A stretch of 64,000 bases of DNA from Bacteroidales bacterium (GTDB lineage Bacteria; Bacteroidota; Bacteroidia; Bacteroidales; UBA1402), in contig JAQVXI010000001.1 of assembly GCA_028709215.1 (NCBI GenBank), forward strand, positions 60,537 through 124,536, in the 5' to 3' direction. Shown piece after piece: positions 58,401-64,000 of the stretch (position 1 is its first letter; every line of letters begins with the position of its first letter). Made by a program: the position numbers and the translations under genes. The notes below the pieces were generated by a model that saw only the letters and a program-made list of their open reading frames with translations, did not search any database and was not told the DNA's origin.

Positions 58401-58626
58401 TGACTTCTTCCACGAAGTAAGCAGAAATCGGGAGGAAATACACAACATCGGCAATGCCTTCGGATGTTTGAATGGTTGCGATGTTGGGGTTGATCAGAAC
58501 GGATTGAATGCCTTCTTCACGGAGCGCTTTTAGTGCTTGTGAACCGGAATAGTCGAATTCACCGGCTTGTCCGATTTTTAATGCACCCGATCCTAAGACC
58601 AGGACTTTTTTAATGTCAGTCTGCAT
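55405..58626 (-). CDS. carB: Carbamoyl-phosphate synthase, large subunit
   Basis: 1073-aa ORF with duplicated ATP-grasp halves and a C-terminal MGS-like domain. The N-terminus KKVLVLGSGALKIGQAGEFDYSGSQA is diagnostic. Confidence 0.93.
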   Translation of the reverse strand: MQTDIKKVLVLGSGALKIGQAGEFDYSGSQALKALREEGIQSVLINPNIATIQTSEGIADVVYFLPISAYFVEEVIKKEKPDGIFLAFGGQTALNCGTELYQAGTLEKYGVRVLGTSVEAIMYTEDRDLFVKKLSEKDIKTPVSQACNNLKEAIQAAETIGFPVMVRSAYVLGGMGSGIAENMDEFLVLVKNSFAYAPQVLVEESLKGWKEIEFEVIRDKNDHCFTVANMENFDPLGIHTGESIVVAPTCSLDQTEIDLLVNVSTTCVRHLGIVGECNIQFAFNSETDDYRVIEVNARLSRSSALASKATGYPLAFVAAKLALGYGLDEIGEMGTTNSAYKAPQLDYMICKIPRWDLTKFFGVSREIGSSMKSVGEIMSIGKTFEEIIQKGLRMIGQGMHGFVANDGLVFENLDQELSKPTDLRMYAIAKAFEQEYTIERIHDLTKIDPWFLGKLKNIYDFSLQLKGFSSIEDLDSDTLWEAKRLGFSDFQIARLVEDPKTNMEKELLRVRSKRKRLQVLPSVKRIHTVASEHPELTNYLYMTYDGSEHDVPYYKNEKSVIVLGSGAYRIGSSVEFDWCSVNAIQTARKLGYKSIMINYNPETVSTDYDMCDRLYFDELTFERVLDVEDLEQARGVIVSVGGQIPNNLAMKLHRQSIPILGTSPISIDRAENRHKFSSMLDQLGIDQPEWKELSSLEDIDRFIEQVGFPVLVRPSYVLSGAAMNVCYNDEELKEFLEKASKVSKEYPVVVSRFLQNAKEIEFDAVAQNGEVVQYALSEHIEFAGVHSGDATLVFPVQKIYFETARRIKKISYKIAKELNISGPFNIQFLARNNEVKVIECNLRASRSFPFVSKVLKQNFIDTATRIMLDAPFEKPDNSIDDLERIGVKASQFSFSRLHKADPVLGVDMSSTGEVGCIGSDFNEALLSAMISTGFDIPSKEKGIMLSSGPVKSKVDLLDSARLLQDKGYTVYATGGTCKFLEENGVQAKKVSWPDENEDENNILDLIANHAFDLIVNIPKNMSKRELTNGYKIRRAAIDYNIPLITNSRLASAFIEAFCNMSLEDIQIRSWQEF

Positions 58627-58674
58627 AAATATAGATGGTTTTTTGAGGTCAGAATTCAGAACGCAAAGTAACCA

Positions 58675-58682
58675 TATTTTTG
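58675..58682 (+). promoter_or_regulatory. -7 promoter motif TATTTTTG upstream of the TIGR02757-like gene
   Basis: Exact TAnnTTTG match ending 62 nt before ATG 58745. Confidence 0.35.
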
Positions 58683-58744
58683 TGTCATTTCAAAGTGAAC
58701 AATCGCTCTTGTCCGCTGTTTTTTAGGTTCTAATCACAGGTTAA

Positions 58745-59494
58745 ATGGAGTTTACAAAAGAGCTACTGGATGAATGGGTGGAAAAAATAAATGTTCCGGA
58801 ATACGTAGAATCGGATCCGGTGCAGTTTCCACGTCGGTTTTCCCGTCAGGAAGATGTTGAAATTGTGGCCTTTTTGGCAGCGATCCTTGCATGGGGCAAG
58901 CGATCCCTTATACTCAAATCAGCGGAAGGGATGTTTGAACGCATGGGGGACAGTCCATATGAATATATTTTGTCGGAGGGCTATTTGAATTTGGGTACAA
59001 AGAATATCCATCGCACTTTTTTTGAGCGGGACCTGCTGTATTTTTGTAAGGGTTTTGCGTATATTTATCAGAAATATGGCCATTTGGAACTTCTTTTTGC
59101 CAATCGTGCAACGGTGTGGGAGGGGATGGATCTGTTTCGAGACGAAATGGCAAAGGCCAACGAGGGATTGTATAGTAAACACATCAGTCATGCCGGTGCC
59201 GGGTCCGCTTGTAAGCGCCTGAATTTGGCCTTGAAATGGTTGGTTCGCAGCAAGGGGCCGGTGGATCTGGGTGTCTGGACTCGATTGGATACAGCACAGC
59301 TCATGATTCCCTTGGATGTACACGTCGGGCGGGTATCCAGAGCGCTGGGTTTGCTACAACGCAGGCAAAATGATCGAAAAGCGGTTGAAGAGCTGACTGC
59401 GAAATTGCGGGGTTTTGACCCGTCTGATCCGGTTCGCTATGATTTTGCGTTGTTTGGGTTGGGGCTGGCTGGGATTACGGGGGGTAAAAAATAA
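58745..59494 (+). CDS. Conserved hypothetical protein (TIGR02757/DUF2400-like)
   Basis: 249-aa ORF. The family assignment is from memory of the N-terminal pattern (YVESDPVQFPRRF...EIVAFLAAILAWGKR); not verified. Confidence 0.45.
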   Translation: MEFTKELLDEWVEKINVPEYVESDPVQFPRRFSRQEDVEIVAFLAAILAWGKRSLILKSAEGMFERMGDSPYEYILSEGYLNLGTKNIHRTFFERDLLYFCKGFAYIYQKYGHLELLFANRATVWEGMDLFRDEMAKANEGLYSKHISHAGAGSACKRLNLALKWLVRSKGPVDLGVWTRLDTAQLMIPLDVHVGRVSRALGLLQRRQNDRKAVEELTAKLRGFDPSDPVRYDFALFGLGLAGITGGKK

Positions 59495-59515
59495 AAGCCA
59501 CCTTGCGGTGGCCTT
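59486..59515 (-). terminator. Minus-strand-oriented intrinsic terminator (second of a tandem pair)
   Basis: Minus strand: AAGGCCACC-GCAA-GGTGGCTTT followed by TATTTTTT. On the plus strand the hairpin is followed by an A-run instead. Confidence 0.45.
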
Positions 59516-59544
59516 AAAAAAAAGAAGGTTGTCTCACGACAACC
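59516..59544 (-). terminator. Minus-strand-oriented intrinsic terminator (first of a tandem pair)
   Basis: Minus strand: GGTTGTC-GTGA-GACAACC followed by TTCTTTTTTTT. Confidence 0.45.
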
Positions 59545-59587
59545 AATCTTCCTTAACCTTAAATCTAATACCATGAAAAACACAGTG

Positions 59588-59595
59588 CAAATATA
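59588..59595 (-). promoter_or_regulatory. Orphan -7 promoter motif (TATATTTG on the minus strand) with no downstream gene
   Basis: Plus-strand CAAATATA = minus-strand TATATTTG. It lies about 45 nt upstream of the first minus-strand terminator. Both flanking genes are on the plus strand. Confidence 0.35.
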
Positions 59596-59671
59596 CGGGC
59601 GGTTTTTGGAATAAAAAAATATATGAACCAAAAAATATGTTTTTTAACATGTTTTTGCAGAAAAATGGAAT

Positions 59672-60340
59672 ATGAAACAGGTTTTGACCTTTTTAAACGA
59701 ATTGCAGAAGAATAATAGTAAGGAGTGGTTTGATGCGCATCGGTCTCATTATGAGTCTGTTCGGCTGACGTTTTCAAGCTTTGTGCAGCAACTGATTGAC
59801 GGACTTTCCGTGTTGGATCCATCCGTTCGGGGATTGCGTGTGCAAGATTGTATGTTTCGCTTGAATCGGGATCTTCGATTTTCTCCGGATAAGCGACCGT
59901 ATAAAACGCATATGAGTGCTTTTATCGCTCCCTTTGGACGAAAGTCCGGCTATGCAGGCTATTATTTTCATTTAGAGGCAAGTGACGGTCGTTATTTGAT
60001 GGGACATCAGTTGGATTCAGGAATATACGGACCGGATCCAGCGATTTTGAAAAGTGTTCGAGAAGCCATTTTGATGGATGGGGCGGGTTTTGAAGCGGTT
60101 GTTCACAAGGCTGGCGGATTCCAATTAGAAACCGAAGCTTCGTTAAAGCGCGTGCCGAGAGGTTTTCCGGTCGATAGTCCATGGGCGGAATACCTAAAAA
60201 TGCGTCACTTTATTCTAAATAAGCCGTTGAGGGAGGAAGCGGTGTTGGCGGATGATTTGTTGGAGCAGACGATGACTTCCTTTGCAAAAACGGTGGAATT
60301 CAACAACTGGTTAAATAAAGCAGTGGCGTATGCACGATGA
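59672..60340 (+). CDS. DUF2461 (TIGR02453) family protein
   Basis: 222-aa ORF. Family pattern NNSKEWFDAH...FRLNRDLRFSPDKRPYKTH. Confidence 0.7.
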   Translation: MKQVLTFLNELQKNNSKEWFDAHRSHYESVRLTFSSFVQQLIDGLSVLDPSVRGLRVQDCMFRLNRDLRFSPDKRPYKTHMSAFIAPFGRKSGYAGYYFHLEASDGRYLMGHQLDSGIYGPDPAILKSVREAILMDGAGFEAVVHKAGGFQLETEASLKRVPRGFPVDSPWAEYLKMRHFILNKPLREEAVLADDLLEQTMTSFAKTVEFNNWLNKAVAYAR

Positions 60341-60347
60341 AGTGAAT

Positions 60348-60386
60348 AAAAAAAATCCCATGGATGCGTAGCGCAATCCATGGGAT
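60348..60386 (-). terminator. Intrinsic terminator of ssrA
   Basis: Minus strand: ATCCCATGGAT-(10-nt loop)-ATCCATGGGAT followed by TTTTTTT. It begins 2 nt after the tmRNA 3' end. Confidence 0.75.
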
Positions 60387-60388
60387 TC

Positions 60389-60785
60389 GGTGGAGATGGA
60401 GGGAGTCGAACCCTCGTCCAAACAGTAAACCAATACGCTTTCTACATGCTTATCTTCGCCTAAATTTTCGAGTCGAAACCGGACCGAAGCCACCTATTGC
60501 GACCTTATTCCATTTATTTCAGAAACAACCCTGGACCTGCTGCTTCCTATTCCCGATATTACTGCACCACCGATTCCATTCAGCTTCAGGACGTGAGCTT
60601 GGGGTGATGTGACGTCCCCGCAACTGTTGCAGGGATTAAGCTTAAATCTACTGTGATTCGATTAAGCAGCGAGAGCGTAATTGTTTTCGCCAGTTATGGT
60701 TCTGGTTCTGATATTAAAGTGCGTATAACCAAAGCACTGCATGCTTACATACCTGTTCTAACCGCTGTCAAAACCAAACATCCCC
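60389..60785 (-). ncRNA. ssrA: tmRNA (transfer-messenger RNA)
   Basis: The minus-strand 5' end GGGGATGTTTGGTTTTGACAGCGG pairs with the 3' end CATCTCC-A-CC, including the G3:U pair. T arm CGAGGGTTCGACTCCCTCC. Tag reading frame GGC GAA AAC AAT TAC GCT CTC GCT GCT TAA = GENNYALAA at 60691-60662. About 397 nt. The terminal A of CCA is not encoded. Confidence 0.93.
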
Positions 60786-60797
60786 TAAAATAAAGAT

Positions 60798-60826
60798 GCC
60801 GTTGAACGCTGAAGGCGAACAACGGC
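60798..60826 (-). terminator. Hairpin between the rny stop and the ssrA 5' end (possible rny terminator or pre-tmRNA leader structure)
   Basis: Minus strand: GCCGTTG-(15-nt loop)-CAACGGC followed by ATCTTTATTTTA. A TATATTTG -7 motif (60835-60828) sits just upstream, so the roles are ambiguous. Confidence 0.35.
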
Positions 60827-60848
60827 ACAAATATACGAAAAATTCGTG

Positions 60849-62378
60849 TTATTTCGCGTAACTTACGGCTCTAGTTTCACGGATTACCGTAATTTTTACT
60901 TGACCGGGATACGTCATCTCGTCTTGGATTTTTTTCGCAATGTCGTTAGACAAGCGTTCGGTATCTTTGTCGTCAATCTTATCCGCTCCTACAATGACAC
61001 GCAGTTCGCGTCCGGCTTGAATGGCGTAGGTTTTTAATACGCCGGGATAAGACATGGCCATTTGCTCCAAGTCATTCAAACGTTTGATGTAGGCTTCAAC
61101 GATTTCGCGACGAGCGCCGGGGCGAGCGCCGGATATGGCGTCACATACCTGCACAATGGGAGCCAGAAGCGAAGTCATTTCGCATTCGTCGTGGTGCGCA
61201 CCGATGGCGTTGCAAATCTCGGGTTTTTCCTTGTATTTTTCTGCCAGCTTCATGCCGAGCAGTGCGTGGGGCAATTCCGGTTCGTCGTCGGGCACTTTGC
61301 CGATGTCGTGTAGCAGCCCTGCACGTCGTGCTTTCTTGGGATTCAGTCCCAGTTCTGAGGCCATGGTTGCACACAGATTGGCTGTTTCTCTGGCATGCTG
61401 AAGGAGGTTTTGACCGTAGCTGGAGCGGTATTTCATACGTCCAATCATACGAATGAGTTCCGGGTGTAAGCCGTGGATACCCAAATCAATGGTGGTTCGT
61501 TTTCCGGTTTCGAGGATTTCTTCTTCTACTTGCTTGCGCACTTTGGTGACGACTTCTTCGATGCGGGCAGGGTGAATGCGTCCGTCGGTGACCAATTGGT
61601 GTAAGGCCAGGCGGGCAATCTCACGGCGTACAGGGTCGAATCCGGAAAGAACGATGGCTTCCGGAGTATCGTCAACAATGATTTCAATCCCGGTTGCTGC
61701 TTCAAGGGCACGGATGTTTCTGCCTTCCCGTCCGATGATGCGTCCTTTGATTTCATCGGAGTCGATGTGGAACACCGTAACGGCATTTTCGATGGCCGTT
61801 TCAGTCGCAACACGTTGTATGGTTTGAACCACAATGCGTTTGGCTTCTTTGTTGGCCTGCATTTTGGCATCGTCCATGATCTCGTTGATGTAGGAGGCTG
61901 CTTGCGTTTTGGCTTCTTCTTTGAGTGATTCAACCAAACGCTCCTTGGCTTCGTCTGCCGAAAGCCCGGATAGTATCTCCAGTTTTTCAACAGCCTGTTT
62001 GTGGATTTTGTCCAGCTCTGCCTGACGTTTTTCAAGCATTTCCTTTTGACTATCCAGATTGTCGCGCAACGAAGTAAGTTCATTCTTTTTGCGTTGAATC
62101 TCGTCGTTGCGTTGATTCAACTGCATCTCGCGTTGTTTTAATTTGGACTCGGTTGCCTGAATTTTTGCATTGCGTTGATTTACTTGTTTCTCAAGATCGG
62201 CTTTGAGTGAAAGGAATTTTTCTTTCACCTCCAGCATTTTGTTTTTCTTGATTACTTCAGATTCAGCTTCGGCTTCCTTTATCCGGTTGCGGTAGTGGGC
62301 ATTGAAAACAAAGCGTGTACCGATCCAGGTCAAAAGACCTCCCAGTACAAACAGCCCTACGTACAGTATCCATTGCAT
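60849..62378 (-). CDS. rny: Ribonuclease Y
   Basis: The ORF-track ORF extends to 62429. I prefer ATG 62378 ([14 protein letters not shown]..., N-terminal TM helix). Coiled-coil region, KH domain ([15 protein letters not shown]) and HD domain (GLLHDIGK). Confidence 0.92.
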   Translation of the reverse strand: MQWILYVGLFVLGGLLTWIGTRFVFNAHYRNRIKEAEAESEVIKKNKMLEVKEKFLSLKADLEKQVNQRNAKIQATESKLKQREMQLNQRNDEIQRKKNELTSLRDNLDSQKEMLEKRQAELDKIHKQAVEKLEILSGLSADEAKERLVESLKEEAKTQAASYINEIMDDAKMQANKEAKRIVVQTIQRVATETAIENAVTVFHIDSDEIKGRIIGREGRNIRALEAATGIEIIVDDTPEAIVLSGFDPVRREIARLALHQLVTDGRIHPARIEEVVTKVRKQVEEEILETGKRTTIDLGIHGLHPELIRMIGRMKYRSSYGQNLLQHARETANLCATMASELGLNPKKARRAGLLHDIGKVPDDEPELPHALLGMKLAEKYKEKPEICNAIGAHHDECEMTSLLAPIVQVCDAISGARPGARREIVEAYIKRLNDLEQMAMSYPGVLKTYAIQAGRELRVIVGADKIDDKDTERLSNDIAKKIQDEMTYPGQVKITVIRETRAVSYAK

Positions 62379-62479
62379 GTTGTTACGTTTTAATTGTATA
62401 TATAAAAAAAGAACACACGTATCATTCAATTGGAATGACCCAATTGGATTTTGTGCGTTCTGATTCCTCTTTTACAAGA

Positions 62480-62779
62480 CTATCGTCTCAAAAAAGCTTC
62501 CAATTCTTCATCCAGCCGTTCTACACATTCCTGGTAGGGACTGCTGTCAGACACATCCTCGGCTTTTAGAGCCATAAGGGCTATCTGGCATGCTGCCATG
62601 GCTAGTAGGTCCTTGGTCTCCAATCCGGAGGTTTCCATGTTGAAACGGTTCCGGTATTGAGCTATTCTGTCGTTGATCAATCGTGCAGCTTTGCGTACCA
62701 ATTCCTCTTCCGATCGTTTGATCTTCAAAGGGTAATACTTGTCTGCTATCAGTAGATTGATCGTAAATGTATGATCCAT
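62480..62779 (-). CDS. zapA: Cell division protein ZapA
   Basis: 99-aa ORF. ZapA-like N-terminal pattern (INLLIADKYYPLKIKRSEEELVRKAARLINDRI). Conserved position upstream of rny. Confidence 0.7.
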   Translation of the reverse strand: MDHTFTINLLIADKYYPLKIKRSEEELVRKAARLINDRIAQYRNRFNMETSGLETKDLLAMAACQIALMALKAEDVSDSSPYQECVERLDEELEAFLRR

Positions 62780-62784
62780 TGTCC

Positions 62785-63078
62785 TTAATTTTTCATAAGT
62801 TCAATGCATTTGTCTATCTCCCGCACTAATCCCGAAAGCCTGCGCTGAGCCGTTTGTACATCTGTCCTTTCAAAGGAGAGCATTTTGGCTAGTTTTAGAC
62901 TTTCGAATTTGGCGCTCGCTTCCTGAATCTGCCTTTCAGCATCAAGCAATGCACGTCTGTTTGCTTCCAATTCCTTGGTAAGCAACTGGTTGTCTTTTTT
63001 TAAATCCTCACACAGCAACATTAATTGCCGTACGCGGGTTTCAAACTTTGACAATGATTTGCGTTGCTCCTCCGTCAT
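62785..63078 (-). CDS. Small coiled-coil protein of unknown function (possible division-associated partner of ZapA)
   Basis: The ORF-track ORF extends to 63099, but a minus-strand TATTTTTG -7 motif (63104-63097) overlaps that ATG. I therefore prefer ATG 63078 (MTEEQRKSL...). Heptad-rich and charged. 5-nt gap to zapA. Confidence 0.5.
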   Translation of the reverse strand: MTEEQRKSLSKFETRVRQLMLLCEDLKKDNQLLTKELEANRRALLDAERQIQEASAKFESLKLAKMLSFERTDVQTAQRRLSGLVREIDKCIELMKN

Positions 63079-63144
63079 TTTGCGCCAATTTGTAGACAAA
63101 AATACATTTTTGTTTTGCTAAAAACAAATGAAATCCATCAAAAA

Positions 63145-64000
63145 CTAGGATTCTGTCGGAGTCTCAAGTTTTCGTACCAAAACTTTGTCAATACGGGCTG
63201 CATCCATATCCATGATTTCCATCTCGAAGTTTTGCCATTGCAACTTCTCTGTTTCAACGGGGATATGCTCTAGGATGTCCAGAATGAGTCCGCTTAGGGT
63301 GTTGAAGTCATGTTCCGGATAGTATTCTTCCATATCGAAGTAGGCCAGAAAATCGTAGAACGAATACTGCCCGTCTACCAGCCAGGTTCCGTCTTCGCGT
63401 TCGAGGATTTGTTCGTCGTGTTCGTCGGGTTCAACGATGGTACCCAGCAGGGCTTCCATAAGGTCGTTGATGGTGATGATGCCCTGGACGCTGCCGAATT
63501 CATCGGTTACAATGGCGTAAAAAAGCTGTGTTCTACGAAACAAATCCAACGCATTGTAGGCACTCATGGATTCGGGAACAAATTGAGCCGGTTTTACGTA
63601 ATTGCGTATATTGAAGTCTGGTTGATTGAAATCTGCAAAAAAATCTTTGAGAAAAACAACGCCGTTGATTTCATCAATCTGCTCCATTGCCACCGGGTAT
63701 ACGATGTGCACATGTTCGGTGATGATCTTTCGGATTTCGTCGATGGAGTCTTCCAAATCCAACCAAACCAAATCGTTGCGATGGGTCATCAGGGAATTGA
63801 CATCCCGATCGCCCAGATTGAAGACGCGTTCTACTATATCGTGTTCAACAATTTGTATTTCGCCGTCGTTGGTTCCATCTTGCAGCAGGGCCTTAATCTC
63901 TTCTTCCGTGACTTTGGACGGTATTTTCCCATCGATGCCAAAGAGTTTCATGACGCCTTGGGTGCTGGTAGAAAGCAACCAGACAAATGGTGTTGCAATC
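63145..64000 (-). CDS. CNNM/TlyC-CorC-family protein (CBS pair + CorC_HlyC domain), C-terminal part; N-terminal DUF21 membrane domain lies beyond the window end
   Basis: The reading frame stays open to position 64000 (upstream codons read ...IATPFVWLLSTSTQG). CBS-pair region (IVERVFNLGDRDVNSLMTHRNDLVWLD...) and a C-terminal transporter-associated domain. Confidence 0.8.
   Translation of the reverse strand, partial: IATPFVWLLSTSTQGVMKLFGIDGKIPSKVTEEEIKALLQDGTNDGEIQIVEHDIVERVFNLGDRDVNSLMTHRNDLVWLDLEDSIDEIRKIITEHVHIVYPVAMEQIDEINGVVFLKDFFADFNQPDFNIRNYVKPAQFVPESMSAYNALDLFRRTQLFYAIVTDEFGSVQGIITINDLMEALLGTIVEPDEHDEQILEREDGTWLVDGQYSFYDFLAYFDMEEYYPEHDFNTLSGLILDILEHIPVETEKLQWQNFEMEIMDMDAARIDKVLVRKLETPTES

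Noticed and set aside
59437-59631. 64-aa minus-strand ORF in the TIGR02757-like / DUF2461 spacer
   Set aside because: It reads through two terminator hairpins and into the 3' end of the upstream gene. It is Phe/Pro-rich and low in complexity. The region is better explained as non-coding (see the sRNA finding).
60364-60612. 82-aa plus-strand ORF
   Set aside because: It lies inside the tmRNA gene (opposite strand). The region is explained by ssrA.
61526-62083. 185-aa alternative-frame ORF within rny (same strand)
   Set aside because: It is a Lys/Pro/Arg-rich out-of-frame read of the rny coiled-coil region. The rny frame has KH and HD motifs.
1-64000. CRISPR arrays, long tandem repeats, IS elements, prophage or defence-system genes
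   Set aside because: I scanned all intergenic regions longer than 100 nt and the ORF translations. I saw no spaced direct repeats, and no transposase, integrase, Cas, restriction, TA or Abi-like signatures.

Overview
This 64-kb window reads as a gene-dense chromosomal segment of a Bacteroidales bacterium (phylum Bacteroidota). Support: mid-40s % G+C by eye, recurrent TAnnTTTG -7 promoter motifs, a fused lpxC-fabZ gene, a tmRNA with tag GENNYALAA, and a C10 protease with a T9SS C-terminal sorting domain. I count about 58 protein-coding genes, one tRNA-Val(GAC) and one tmRNA. Nearly all are housekeeping: aromatic amino-acid operon, metY, recJ-recQ, fmt, rpe, glmM, methylmalonyl-CoA mutase mutAB, lipid A genes lpxD/lpxC-fabZ/lpxA, miaA, pyrF, prfA, purM, purC, truA, hpt, adk, obg, carB, rny, zapA. 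I saw no CRISPR array, transposase, integrase or phage gene. The stand-out is a low-GC single-gene insertion between obg and carB (53.8-55.4 kb). It encodes a lipoprotein with a MACPF pore-forming domain fused to three tandem PLYRY...GDHFYT repeats. This is a candidate BSAP-like antagonism toxin whose architecture and orphan context I cannot match to anything described. Other second-look items are: a 25-codon leader ORF (FAYFYFYFYF) plus intrinsic terminator upstream of pheA (putative Phe/Tyr attenuator); an orphan promoter with tandem terminators suggesting an sRNA near 59.5 kb; a lipoprotein/outer-membrane-barrel pair of unknown function; and a C10 protease-lipoprotein pair. All family calls rest on motif recognition by eye; no database search or folding program was available.
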